From NCBI GenBank assembly GCA_005883615.1, contig VBEC01000024.1:1130-65129 (forward strand): DNA of 64,000 bases. Reading direction: 5' to 3'. The notes beneath the pieces were generated by a model, which worked only from the letters and a program-made list of their open reading frames with translations, made no database searches and was not told the DNA's origin. Within the stretch, counting starts at the first letter, position 1. Every line of letters starts with the position of its first letter. The DNA comes from Chloroflexota bacterium (GTDB taxonomy: Bacteria > Chloroflexota > Limnocylindria > Limnocylindrales > CSP1-4). Made by a program: the position numbers and the translations under genes. Below are positions 19,026 to 28,704 of the stretch, one piece after another.

Positions 19026-19958
19026 CTACGGCGAGATCGCCGCCAGCAGGATCGCGTACGTGTTGGGGTTCACGACCGGCGTGCCGAGGATCATGGTCAG
19101 AATGGCGAGCCGATACGACCAATCCGGCCGAGAGCGGACGACGACGATCAGCGCTAGCCCAAGGACCAGGACTGCGGCCCACAGCCAGGGGATGCCCAAC
19201 TGCCACGTCAAGCTGAAGGCTGACGGATGGATTCCTGCGGCAACGCCGAGATAGGCAACATGATTGGCCCAGCCCGCTCCTGCAAGGCTGATCAGGGCGC
19301 AGATCGCGAGGCTCCCGGCAGTCCAGGCAAGTGCCTCCCACCGCCGCTGCCCGACGAGCCACAGGGCGAGGGCCACCGGCCAGATCTTGACCGCGATCAT
19401 CACGCCCAGGATCCCGCCGCTCCACGGGCGATCCCGAAGTGCCCACAGGGCGACCGCTCCCGCCAGCAGGTAGCCGTTGACATTGCCTAGTCCCACCTCC
19501 ATCGCCAGCGGGATGCACAACGCGGCGATGGCAAGACCAGTCGCGGCGGGGCGCCGGCGCGCCAGCCACAGAATCGCTCCGAGGATCGCGATCATTGAAC
19601 CAAGCCACCAGATCGCAACGCCGATGCCGCCGGGCATCGCAGCCAGTGGGCGCCACAGGACGGCGATGAATGGGGGCGAAATGAAGGGAGCCGTCCAGAA
19701 CGGCGGTTGAATGGCGACAGCTCGATCACCCGGCGACAGGGCATATAGCGGATGGCCTGCGTTGAGGCGTTCCGCAGCGGCTAGATAGTTGTAGGCGTCG
19801 CCCAGGAGGTAGTTGCGAGTTTGCTCTACGTACACGATGAGGGCCGCAAGGAGGAGGCCGACGCCGAGGGAGATCGCGATCGAGCGGCGCGATGCGGTCC
19901 AGCCCTTGCCCGAGGCTCCGCCGATGGACCAGGTTCGAGATCCGGGGCGGCTCAACAC
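19026..19958 (-). CDS. GT87-like GT-C glycosyltransferase
   Basis: LGDAYNYL, RLNAGHPLY, SPPFIAVLWRPLA, LGNVN, AVKIWP; close paralog of 33344. Confidence 0.8.
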   Translation of the reverse strand: MLSRPGSRTWSIGGASGKGWTASRRSIAISLGVGLLLAALIVYVEQTRNYLLGDAYNYLAAAERLNAGHPLYALSPGDRAVAIQPPFWTAPFISPPFIAVLWRPLAAMPGGIGVAIWWLGSMIAILGAILWLARRRPAATGLAIAALCIPLAMEVGLGNVNGYLLAGAVALWALRDRPWSGGILGVMIAVKIWPVALALWLVGQRRWEALAWTAGSLAICALISLAGAGWANHVAYLGVAAGIHPSAFSLTWQLGIPWLWAAVLVLGLALIVVVRSRPDWSYRLAILTMILGTPVVNPNTYAILLAAISP

Positions 19959-20071
19959 GGCGCCACCCTAGCACGGGAACGGGCCGTCATTGCCGGCGTG
20001 AAAGTACTGCCCGGCGCCCGGTGACGATCGGAGGCCGGACAGCCGCCTTCGGCCACGGTTAGCATCCCGGC

Positions 20072-21526
20072 GTGCCCCGTCCGCATCGGCTCGTCCTGAC
20101 GATTCCACAACTCTGGGTCTTCCTCGCCATCGCGCTGCCAGTGCTCGCGGCTCTGATCGCGTCGTTGTCCGCCATCGACCTGGCCTATCAGGTTCGGGCA
20201 GGGCAGCTCATGCTCGATCGCGGCTCGATCCTGATGGCCGACCCCTTCACGTTTACCGTCGGCGGATCGCGCTGGATGGACCAGCAGTGGGCTTCCCAGG
20301 TGCTCCTCGCAGGCGTCTTCGGGGTTGCGGGCTGGCCCGGTCTGGCCGTCCTCCGCGCGATCCTGGTGGCGTTGATTTTCTGGCTCATCCTGGCCAGCTG
20401 CCGCGCTGCCGGTGCTGACCGTCGATCCGCCGCCTGGCTGACCCTGGCCGGGTTCGGGGTGGCTGCGGTCGCCCTGGCCCTTCGGCCCCAGTTGCTGGGG
20501 ATGTTCCTCTTCGCCTTGACCGTCTGGATTGTCGCCGGCCGCCACACGCACCCCCGACGGGTCTGGCTGGTGCCGGTCATCGTCGCGCTGTGGGCGAATG
20601 TCCACGGCAGTTTCTTCCTGGCGGTCGTCCTGCTGGCGCTGGCCTGGTTCGAAGATGGGGGATCGCTTCGGGATGGCCTCAGGCCCGGACTATCGCGGCC
20701 TCCGCTTCTTACGATCGCCGCGGCCGCTCTCGCGGCTGCCGTCGTCAACCCATACGGCCTGGAGGTCTGGTCCTACGCCCTTGGCCTGGCCACCAATCCA
20801 AGCGTGACCGAACGCGTCACAGAATGGCAGCCAACGACGCTTCGGACCTTTGCGGGAGCTGCGTTCTTCATGTCTCTAGGGGCAGCTACCGTCATGCTGG
20901 CCAGGCGTGGCAGGCCCGCATCATGGCCCGCCCTCACGGGGCTGGCGGTGTTCGCACTGATCGCCTTGTATGCCCAGCGAGGTATCGCCTGGTGGGCCCT
21001 GGCGGCGCCGGTCATCCTGGCGGGACTCCTCGTCTCACACGGGACGGATGGTGGCCCGAGCATCCCGGATCGGCGGTCGGCCGCGAATGGATTGCTTGCA
21101 ATGGTCGTTGCCGCGGCAATCGTCCTCGCGCTGCCATGGTGGCGGTCGTGGGCGGCCGGCGGAGCGACCACTGCCCTCCTGACCGATTCGCCGGAGCCTG
21201 TCAGCACCGCCCTGGCCGGCCTTACCAGACCCGGCGATCGGATCTTCGCGCCACAACCCTGGGGGTCCTGGCTCGAGTTCGCTGTACCGAATCGCCTCGT
21301 CGCGGTGGACTCGCGGGTCGAGCTGTTCCCGCCGGCGGTGTGGGACGACTACGAGGCGGTGTCGGGCGGCAATTCGAATTGGTCAACGGTTCTCGATCGC
21401 TGGAGCACCCAGGCCGTCGTCGCCCGTTCCGATCAACAGGCCGGCCTGTTGCCGCTCATCTCCCAGGATCCGAGGTGGCGGCTCGCCTTCAGAGACGCGA
21501 CGGCCTCCGTGTTCGTGCGCCGCTGA
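20072..21526 (+). CDS. Multi-TM putative GT-C-fold membrane protein
   Basis: DLAYQVRAGQ...DPFTF...WMDQQW, ALRPQ, LWANVHGSF, EWQP and C-terminal periplasmic WGSWLEF...VDSRVELF; pattern typical of uncharacterised GT-C-like proteins. Confidence 0.65.
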   Translation: MPRPHRLVLTIPQLWVFLAIALPVLAALIASLSAIDLAYQVRAGQLMLDRGSILMADPFTFTVGGSRWMDQQWASQVLLAGVFGVAGWPGLAVLRAILVALIFWLILASCRAAGADRRSAAWLTLAGFGVAAVALALRPQLLGMFLFALTVWIVAGRHTHPRRVWLVPVIVALWANVHGSFFLAVVLLALAWFEDGGSLRDGLRPGLSRPPLLTIAAAALAAAVVNPYGLEVWSYALGLATNPSVTERVTEWQPTTLRTFAGAAFFMSLGAATVMLARRGRPASWPALTGLAVFALIALYAQRGIAWWALAAPVILAGLLVSHGTDGGPSIPDRRSAANGLLAMVVAAAIVLALPWWRSWAAGGATTALLTDSPEPVSTALAGLTRPGDRIFAPQPWGSWLEFAVPNRLVAVDSRVELFPPAVWDDYEAVSGGNSNWSTVLDRWSTQAVVARSDQQAGLLPLISQDPRWRLAFRDATASVFVRR

Positions 21527-22564
21527 CGGTGCCCAGAGGGTCGCCAGCGATGCGACGACGGCAACAACAGGCAGGATTTCCCCCGGCAGCCAGCCCAGCA
21601 GCGGCAACCCCAGCGCGAGCCACCAACCGCGGTCGGCGAGCAGAGCGGCTGGCAGCAACAGCCCGACAAGGTAGTGCGGATGGAAGAACGGCCCAAACAG
21701 GAGGGCACTCGTGAACGCCGCCACGAGGGCCACCTCAGCGTCCCGTCGGCGGGCGGCCAGCACTGTCACGGCGACCGCAAAGATGATCCCCACCGGCACT
21801 GCGAACCGAGCGACCGACTGCCCGACGCCGATCGCTTCGAGAGTCGTTGCGAGGCTCAGGTTGTGCGGTCCCGTACTGATGTCGCCGAGGCCGCGGAGAA
21901 TGGTCACATAGTCGACGTAACCGGCGATGCCGACGATTGGCAGCGTCAGGCCGATGATCACGAGGCCCCAGATGACGACCCAGGCGACCGAACGGGGGCG
22001 GCCTCGAGCGAGCCATCCGATTAGCACGACGGCGAAGGGGTAGCGAACGGCGAGGATCGCTGCGAGCGCGACCGACCCGAGAGGTCGATCGAGCCACCGC
22101 CAGACGACCGCAGAGAGAGCGAACAGGACGATGCTGAGATTGCCCAGATTGAGGTCGTACAGGACCGGGAACGACAGCATTGCCACGCCGAACGTAGCGA
22201 TGCGAACCTCACGCCTTACTGGTAGCAGGGCGCAGCCGAGGGCGAGCAGGATCAGCCGGCCAACGAACCAGGTTGTCACGGCCCCTGTGCCCAGCAGGGT
22301 GATCGGAATCAGCAGGACGGCCAACGGCGGTGGGTAGAGGTACAGGTCGGCGTACGCCCCCTGGTTGTAGGCGTCGGCCGTCCCCGGCGGATAGAGGGCG
22401 ACGCCCGACGCAAGTCGCCTCGCAGCAAGCTCGTACGCTCGGAAGTCGTAGCCGAAGCCCGCGCTCGACGGCAATACGACGAGGGCAGTCAGGATGACCA
22501 GGAGTCCTATCACCCCTAGCGCGAAGGCGCCCAGTCTCGGCGTGAGCAGCTTTCCGCCTGGCAT
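21383..22564 (-). CDS. GT87-like GT-C glycosyltransferase
   Basis: GYDFRAYE, YLYPPPLA, LGNLS, HPHY; 144-nt convergent overlap. Confidence 0.8.
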   Translation of the reverse strand: MPGGKLLTPRLGAFALGVIGLLVILTALVVLPSSAGFGYDFRAYELAARRLASGVALYPPGTADAYNQGAYADLYLYPPPLAVLLIPITLLGTGAVTTWFVGRLILLALGCALLPVRREVRIATFGVAMLSFPVLYDLNLGNLSIVLFALSAVVWRWLDRPLGSVALAAILAVRYPFAVVLIGWLARGRPRSVAWVVIWGLVIIGLTLPIVGIAGYVDYVTILRGLGDISTGPHNLSLATTLEAIGVGQSVARFAVPVGIIFAVAVTVLAARRRDAEVALVAAFTSALLFGPFFHPHYLVGLLLPAALLADRGWWLALGLPLLGWLPGEILPVVAVVASLATLWAPSAAHEHGGRRVSEGEPPPRILGDERQQAGLLIGTGDDGLGAPAIENR

Positions 22565-22635
22565 GCGCCTCGATCATACTGGCGGGCTTCGGCGGAGCGC
22601 GGGCCGTGGGAGCGGCCTTGACCGAGGTTGAGAGC

Positions 22636-23496
22636 ATGAGCGGCGTGAACGTGGACGACCGGGATTCGAGGGCCGTGCCTGGTGGATCGCCGGTGGCTTC
22701 TGCAGGGCATGAGCGCCGAGCATCGATCGCCGTGGTGATGCCGGCGTACAACGAAGCGGATCGAATTGAGCAGACACTGGCGAGCATCGCCCGATATTTC
22801 GGCGAGCATGACGTGGACTGGCCGATCGTGCTGGCCGACGATGGGTCGACGGACGGCACGGTGGAGCGAGCCACCACAGCAGCCCGCCGCCTGGAGTTGC
22901 CCCTTCGCCTGCTGACGTTCGAGCACCGCGGCAAGGCAGCCACCGTCCGCGACGCAATGCTGGCCGTCGCCGCCGAGACCGAAGTCGACTACCTCATGAT
23001 GCTCGACGCCGACGACGAGCTGCCGATCAGCCAGCTGGACCACATCAGCTGGTCGGCCGACGCTCGCACCATCTACATCGGACGCCGAGTTGCAGAGACT
23101 CACGGCAGCCAGGGAGTGATGCCGACGCCCTTGCGGCGCCTGATGTCCGGCACCATGCGGCTCGCGTCGCGGGTCCTGCTGGGTCTGACCTACCCCGATA
23201 CGCAATGCGGCTTCAAGCTCTTCCCGCGCGATTACGCCCGGGCGTTGTTCGGTCGCCAATGGACGACGGGCTGGGTTTTCGATGCCGAGCTCCTGGCGAT
23301 CGCCACCCGCGTCTTGCGGCTGCCCGTGCAGGAAGTCGAGGTCACGTGGCAGCCCCGAGGTGAGAGCAAGGTCGGGGCATCGGCGATGCTCGTGAGCGGA
23401 CTGGCCATGCTAGGAGTCGGCGTCCGGTTCAGGCTGGGTCTCTACGATCGCCCGCGGCGCCCGAAGCCCGCTCGAAGCCGCCTCTCGAGCACATAG
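22636..23496 (+). CDS. GT2, polyprenyl-phosphate glycosyltransferase family
   Basis: VVMPAYNE, ADDGSTD, GKAATVR, MLDADDE, DTQCGFK, FDAELL. Confidence 0.88.
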   Translation: MSGVNVDDRDSRAVPGGSPVASAGHERRASIAVVMPAYNEADRIEQTLASIARYFGEHDVDWPIVLADDGSTDGTVERATTAARRLELPLRLLTFEHRGKAATVRDAMLAVAAETEVDYLMMLDADDELPISQLDHISWSADARTIYIGRRVAETHGSQGVMPTPLRRLMSGTMRLASRVLLGLTYPDTQCGFKLFPRDYARALFGRQWTTGWVFDAELLAIATRVLRLPVQEVEVTWQPRGESKVGASAMLVSGLAMLGVGVRFRLGLYDRPRRPKPARSRLSST

Positions 23497-23526
23497 GCCC
23501 GAGGTCCTTTGATAGAGTCCGCTGGC

Positions 23527-24729
23527 ATGAGTGAGTCGGCGGACCTGGACGTCGCTGTTCTCGGCGGGGGCGGCCATGTCGGTTTGCCGTTGAGTCTGGC
23601 CTTTGCGCGGGCCGGTCTCCGCGTCGGCATCTACGACACCAACGAGGCCACGCTCGAGCGGATCCGCGACGGGCACATGCCCTTCCGGGAAGCAGGTGCC
23701 GATCAGCTCCTGTGCGAACTTCTTCCCACCGGACGCCTCGATCTGGGCGCTGACGCGGCGATGATCGAGCGCACTCGTCAGCTCGTCGTCGTGATCGGTA
23801 CGCCCGTCGACGAATTCCTGGGGCCGTCGATGACCGTCTTCGAACGCGCGGTGGAGGAGATCGCGCCGCACCTGCAGTCCGGCACCCTCGTCGTGCTAAG
23901 GAGCACCGTCTACCCGGGGACCACCGCATTCGTGGCCCAGGAGCTCAGCGCCCGTGGCGCCTCGGTGGATGTCGCCTTCTGCCCGGAACGAATTGCCGAG
24001 GGGCATGCGCTCGAGGAGCTCCACTCGCTACCCCAGATCATCGGTGCGGACCAGTCGCGAGCAGGCGATCGAGCCGAAGCCCTGTTCTCGCATCTCGCCG
24101 GCAAGACCATCCGGACCACCACCAAGGAGGCCGAGCTCGCCAAGCTCTTCACCAACACGTGGCGGTACATGAAGTTCGCCGTCGCGAACCAGTTCTTCAT
24201 GGTCGCCAACGAGGCGAGAGTCGACTATTCGCGGGTGCTGCGGGCCATCCGCGAGGACTATCCCCGGGCCGCAGACCTGCCAGGGCCGGGCTTCGCGGCC
24301 GGGCCGTGCCTGTTCAAGGACACGATGCAGCTGGCAGCCTTCACCAGCGATCACTTCCCGATGGGCCAGGCGGCGATGCAGGTCAACGAAGGGATGCCGG
24401 CCTATATCGTGTCGGCCATGGAGCGTCACTACGAGACCCTGCGCGACCGCACCGTCGGCATCCTGGGCATGGCATTCAAGGCCGAATCCGACGATCCGCG
24501 CGCCTCGCTGAGCTTCAAGCTGCGAAAGCTCCTGGCCTGGGCCGGCGCGCGCGTCCTGTGCACGGACCCGTATGTCGTCGATCCCCGGTTCGTGCCGCTC
24601 GAAAGGGTGCTGGCCGAGAGCGACATCCTGGTTCTCGGGGCGCCTCATGCCGCTTATCGCAGCCTGCCGGTCGATGGCCGCGACGTCGTCGACGTGTGGG
24701 GCGCGATGGGAGAGGGGATCCGGCTCTGA
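23527..24729 (+). CDS. Nucleotide-sugar 6-dehydrogenase (UDP-Glc/GDP-Man/UDP-HexNAc DH family)
   Basis: GGGGHVGLP, VIGTPVD, LRSTVYPG, FCPERIAEG, catalytic AGPCLFKD, GMAFKAESDDPR. Confidence 0.92.
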   Translation: MSESADLDVAVLGGGGHVGLPLSLAFARAGLRVGIYDTNEATLERIRDGHMPFREAGADQLLCELLPTGRLDLGADAAMIERTRQLVVVIGTPVDEFLGPSMTVFERAVEEIAPHLQSGTLVVLRSTVYPGTTAFVAQELSARGASVDVAFCPERIAEGHALEELHSLPQIIGADQSRAGDRAEALFSHLAGKTIRTTTKEAELAKLFTNTWRYMKFAVANQFFMVANEARVDYSRVLRAIREDYPRAADLPGPGFAAGPCLFKDTMQLAAFTSDHFPMGQAAMQVNEGMPAYIVSAMERHYETLRDRTVGILGMAFKAESDDPRASLSFKLRKLLAWAGARVLCTDPYVVDPRFVPLERVLAESDILVLGAPHAAYRSLPVDGRDVVDVWGAMGEGIRL

Positions 24730-24761
24730 TCGGAGTCCGGGCCGGCGACCATGGAACGGCC

Positions 24762-25706
24762 ATGTCGCGACGTCCGTGGAACATCGTGCTGCCCGTGGTA
24801 TTCGCGCTCGTCAGCGGCCGTCTGGCGCTGGAATCCGTGCTGGATTTCCGGAGCGTCGGGTCCCACGCGTCGATCTACACCGATGCTGCGCGGGCATGGC
24901 TGGCTGGGGGCGACCCATGGCAGGTGGGCCCGCCCGCTGCGATCTTCGCGGGGCCGCCGCCGATGCTCCTGCCCTTCGTGCCCTTCGTAGGCCTGCCACT
25001 CGACATCACCCGCCTGGTCTGGGTTGGCGGCAGTCTCGCGCTGGCCATCTGGACCCTGCGGCGGATCGGGCTGCCGGGGTACTGGTTGGCGTTCCCACCC
25101 CTATTCCAGGCCATCCAGCTCGGTCACCCCGAGGTGCTCGTCCTCTGGCTGCTGGTCAGCGGCGGGGTTGCCAGCGGCCTCGCGGCGGTCATCAAGCCCT
25201 ATGCCGGCTTCGCACTCCTCGCCGAGCGGCGCTGGGCTGCGATCACCCTGGGCCTGCTGGTCGTGGCGGTGACGGCCGCGTTCCTGCCGTGGCCGAGATT
25301 CGTGGAGGACTTTCCCAGGATCTCCGCGACGCTGGCGGAGCAGTCGCATGGCGATTCGACCTTCGGGGTGCCACTCGCGATGGCCGTGGCGGTCCTCGCG
25401 CTCGCATCGCTCGGCGTCCGTCGAGGCCTGTGGCTCGCGGCACCGGTCCTCTGGCCTTCCGCCCAGCCGATCTACAAGGTCACCGCGATTCCCTGGATAT
25501 CGCCCGTTCTGGCGCTGTTCTGGGCTGTTCCAATTCCGGGCGCTACGCTCGCCGGGCTGCTGGCCGAGGTGGCGCTGCTTCAGGCAGCCCGGCGCTGGCA
25601 CCTGCCGGCCTGGCTGGAGTCGGGGACGCAGCCGGCCGGCCTCGCCCGGGCTCCCGAGTCGCCGGTCCCGCTATCGGAACCCGCCCGGCTCGCGGCGCGG
25701 GCCTGA
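24762..25706 (+). CDS. Divergent GT87-like GT-C glycosyltransferase
   Basis: GSHASIYT, AGPPPML, LGHPE, VIKPY align to the D/YPP/GN/K pattern of the other paralogs. Confidence 0.65.
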   Translation: MSRRPWNIVLPVVFALVSGRLALESVLDFRSVGSHASIYTDAARAWLAGGDPWQVGPPAAIFAGPPPMLLPFVPFVGLPLDITRLVWVGGSLALAIWTLRRIGLPGYWLAFPPLFQAIQLGHPEVLVLWLLVSGGVASGLAAVIKPYAGFALLAERRWAAITLGLLVVAVTAAFLPWPRFVEDFPRISATLAEQSHGDSTFGVPLAMAVAVLALASLGVRRGLWLAAPVLWPSAQPIYKVTAIPWISPVLALFWAVPIPGATLAGLLAEVALLQAARRWHLPAWLESGTQPAGLARAPESPVPLSEPARLAARA

Positions 25707-26728
25707 TGCGGATCCTCGTCACCGGTGCGGCCGGTTTCATCTGCGGCTACCTGATCCCTGAGCTGTTGCAGGCAGGGCACCAGGTCGTAGGGCTGGACAA
25801 TTTCAGCAAGTACGGCCGTCTCGCAAAGTCGTACGACGATCACGCGGGCTACCAGTTCGTCGAGGGCGACGCCAAGGATGTCGATCTTCTGCGCAGGCTG
25901 GCAGCGGACTGCGATCAGGTCGTGGCGGCGGCGGCCATGATCGGTGGCATCAGCTACTTCCACGAGTTCGCGTACGACCTGCTCGCGGAGAACGAGCGAA
26001 TCCTCGCGTCAACGTTCGATGCCGCGATAGAAGCTCGTCGCGAGGGGCACCTCGAACGGATCGTGGTGATCAGCTCGTCGATGGTCTTCGAGTCCGCGGT
26101 CACGTTCCCGACGCCAGAGGGCGCGGAACTGACGAGTCCGCCGCCGCGCTCGACGTACGGTTTCCAGAAGCTCGCCTCCGAATACTTCGCCAAAGGTGCG
26201 TGCGAGCAGTACGGTCTGCCGTACACGATCCTTCGGCCGTTCAACTGCGTCGGCATCGGAGAGCGACGGGCGGTCCGCGACACGGACGTCATGAGCGGTA
26301 ACGTGAAGCTGGCCCTTTCTCACGTCGTGCCCGATCTCGCACTCAAGATCCTCAAGGGCCAGGATCCCCTGCACATCCTCGGCGATGGCACACAGGTCCG
26401 CCACTACACCTACGGCGGCGATCTCGCGCGCGGCATCCGGCTCGCAATGGAGTCGCCTGCCGCGATCAATGACGACTTCAACCTGTCGACGCCGCAGGGC
26501 ACAACGGTCTTGCAGCTTGCCGAGAGCATCTGGCGCAAGATCCAAGGCGATTCTCGCCCGTTCCGGTCCGTCTCGGATCCGCCCTTCGAGCATGACGTGC
26601 AGCTCCGCGTGCCAGACACGCGGAAGGCTCACCGGGTGCTGGGTTTCGAGGCCGGCACCAGCCTCGATGAGATGCTCGACGAGGTGGTTCCGTGGATCCG
26701 GACGGAGCTGCAAGCGGGTCGGCTGTGA
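25706..26728 (+). CDS. NAD-dependent epimerase/dehydratase (extended SDR)
   Basis: MRILVTGAAGFICG, SSSMVF, YGFQK, RPFNCVG, GDGTQVR; TGATG overlap. Confidence 0.92.
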   Translation: MRILVTGAAGFICGYLIPELLQAGHQVVGLDNFSKYGRLAKSYDDHAGYQFVEGDAKDVDLLRRLAADCDQVVAAAAMIGGISYFHEFAYDLLAENERILASTFDAAIEARREGHLERIVVISSSMVFESAVTFPTPEGAELTSPPPRSTYGFQKLASEYFAKGACEQYGLPYTILRPFNCVGIGERRAVRDTDVMSGNVKLALSHVVPDLALKILKGQDPLHILGDGTQVRHYTYGGDLARGIRLAMESPAAINDDFNLSTPQGTTVLQLAESIWRKIQGDSRPFRSVSDPPFEHDVQLRVPDTRKAHRVLGFEAGTSLDEMLDEVVPWIRTELQAGRL

Positions 26729-27453
26729 CCGAGGACGCGCCAGATTTGTCGGTCGTCATGCCGGTGTACAACGAGGGCGAGGCGGTCGAGCCAGTTCTCC
26801 GAGCCCTCGACAGCGCCGTCCGCACGCCGCACGAGATCCTGGTTGTCTACGACTTCGACGGGGACACGACTGTGCCGGTGATCGTCCGCCTGACGCCCGA
26901 GATCGACGGGCTCCGCGGCCTTCGCAATGACCTGGGGCGAGGCGTGCTCAATGCCATGAAGGCCGGGCTGGCCGAGGCGCGCGGCTCCTATCTCCTGATT
27001 TCAATGGCCGACGGCTCAGACGATCCGGCATGCATCGACTCGATGGTGGAATTGGCGCGGTCGGGCGCCGACGTCGTGGCTGGCAGTCGCTATATGCGCG
27101 GGGGACGCCAGATCGGTGGGCCTCCGCTGAAGCGGCTGATGAGTCGAGTGGCGGGTTTGACCTTGCACTGGTTCGCTGGCGTCGCCACTCACGATCCGAC
27201 CAACAACTTCAAGATCTACAGGCGGCAGTTCATCGACTCGGTGCGCATCGAGAGCAGCGCGGGATTCGAGTTGGCCCTCGAGCTGACGGTGAAAGCGACT
27301 CTGGCCGGGCGGCCCGTTGCCGAGCTCCCCACGACCTGGCGCGACCGCACCGCCGGCCAGAGCAACTTCAAGCTCCGCGCGTGGCTACCGCACTACCTGC
27401 GCTGGTATGGGGTTGCCTTCCGAGGCCGGCTGCGGCGGATGCTCCCCGTCTGA
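26725..27453 (+). CDS. GT2, DPM1-like polyprenyl-phosphate glycosyltransferase
   Basis: LSVVMPVYNE, VYDFDGD, MADGSDDP, AGSRYMRGG, DPTNNFK. Confidence 0.88.
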   Translation: MTEDAPDLSVVMPVYNEGEAVEPVLRALDSAVRTPHEILVVYDFDGDTTVPVIVRLTPEIDGLRGLRNDLGRGVLNAMKAGLAEARGSYLLISMADGSDDPACIDSMVELARSGADVVAGSRYMRGGRQIGGPPLKRLMSRVAGLTLHWFAGVATHDPTNNFKIYRRQFIDSVRIESSAGFELALELTVKATLAGRPVAELPTTWRDRTAGQSNFKLRAWLPHYLRWYGVAFRGRLRRMLPV

Positions 27454-28704
27454 CCACTCGAGCGAGTCGCTTTCGGCGGGCCCGTGAGTGAGCTGCCAGA
27501 CGCTCCCAAGGGTAACGGCGAGGACTGTCAGGGCGCCGAGAACCGACAGGAGCCCGTTCTGCGGTAGTAGCTGTGCGATACCCGCTGTCGCCGGGACGGC
27601 CGACATGAGGTTGGCAGTGAAGGCCAAGCCGAAAACGAGCCATAGCGCGCGAAGCCGGACCTCGGGGAGGAGAAGCGCGAGGAAGACAAGGGCCGCAAAC
27701 GCATAGCGTTCGTGCATCGTCGTCAGGAGCGAGAAGGCAACCAGCGCCGACGCTGCAATTCCAAGCACGAGGTTCCGGAAGGTCGGCCGCTGGTAGACGG
27801 CGATGAAGACGACGGCTTCGGCCAGCCCGGTCATGACGAAGGCCAGAGAGCGCACCGACACGGGGCCCAGCAGGGCCCCGCTATCCGACAGGAAATTTCC
27901 GCCGGCGGCCTGCTGGAGCAGCCACCAGACGTTCCAGGCGCGCAGGGAGAGCACGCCGAACACCTCGTTTTGATAGTGGTTCAGGTTGCGCGCGTAGCCG
28001 GCGACACCGCCGTCGGCAAGAAAGGGAACCCACAGGACGGCGGCCGTTCCGGCCGTGACTGCGGCCAATCGGATCGCACCACCAAGTCCAAAACGCGCCA
28101 CCGCCCAGGCGGCGAACGGGACGAAGAAGGGCAGGGCCTGCGGTTTCGTCATGACGGCGACTCCGAGGGCGACCGCCGCCAGGTTGGGGTGTCGGCCTCC
28201 GGCGAGCAGGACGGCGACGAGCCCCGCCAGCACGTAGATCGATTCGAACTGTCCCCACCATGCGCTGACGTAGATGAGCGCGGGATGCAGCGCAATCGCG
28301 AGGCCCGCGACGATCGCCCAGCGAAGCCGGTCGCGGAGGGCGAAAGCGACACCCAGCGCGAGCGCGAGGTCGGCGACACTGGCGGGCAGCTTCACGACGG
28401 CCCGCACCAGCGGATCGCCGGCGTCGACGGCGTGGCCGGCGAGGCCCAGGATCCCGCCCATCAGCGCGAACAGATAGGCCATCACGGGTGGGAAGCTGAG
28501 GTCCAGACGATAGGCCTGGCCGAACGGGGCACGGCCGATGTCGCGGACCCAGCCAACGAATTGGTCGAGATCGTCTCTGAAGCCATCCGTCGGCAGCAGA
28601 ATCAGCCGGATGAGGATGGCTGCCGCGAGGCCGGCAACGACGACGGGCCCGGCCCACGTGGGGCGCCGGGCCGAGAAGGTCGCGCGGGCGCGAACGGGCA
28701 CCAT
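27385..28704 (-). CDS. GT-C glycosyltransferase (ALG6/PIG-M-like bacterial homolog)
   Basis: DDLDQFVGW, SFPPVMAY, VKLP, SAWWGQFES, TKPQ, TMHERY; TAATG coupling at 28704. Confidence 0.78.
   Translation of the reverse strand: MVPVRARATFSARRPTWAGPVVVAGLAAAILIRLILLPTDGFRDDLDQFVGWVRDIGRAPFGQAYRLDLSFPPVMAYLFALMGGILGLAGHAVDAGDPLVRAVVKLPASVADLALALGVAFALRDRLRWAIVAGLAIALHPALIYVSAWWGQFESIYVLAGLVAVLLAGGRHPNLAAVALGVAVMTKPQALPFFVPFAAWAVARFGLGGAIRLAAVTAGTAAVLWVPFLADGGVAGYARNLNHYQNEVFGVLSLRAWNVWWLLQQAAGGNFLSDSGALLGPVSVRSLAFVMTGLAEAVVFIAVYQRPTFRNLVLGIAASALVAFSLLTTMHERYAFAALVFLALLLPEVRLRALWLVFGLAFTANLMSAVPATAGIAQLLPQNGLLSVLGALTVLAVTLGSVWQLTHGPAESDSLEWSDGEHPPQPASEGNPIPAQVVR

Noticed and set aside
19930-19945. 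GGTTCGA T-loop-like word
   Set aside because: Inside a CDS with no tRNA cloverleaf around it.
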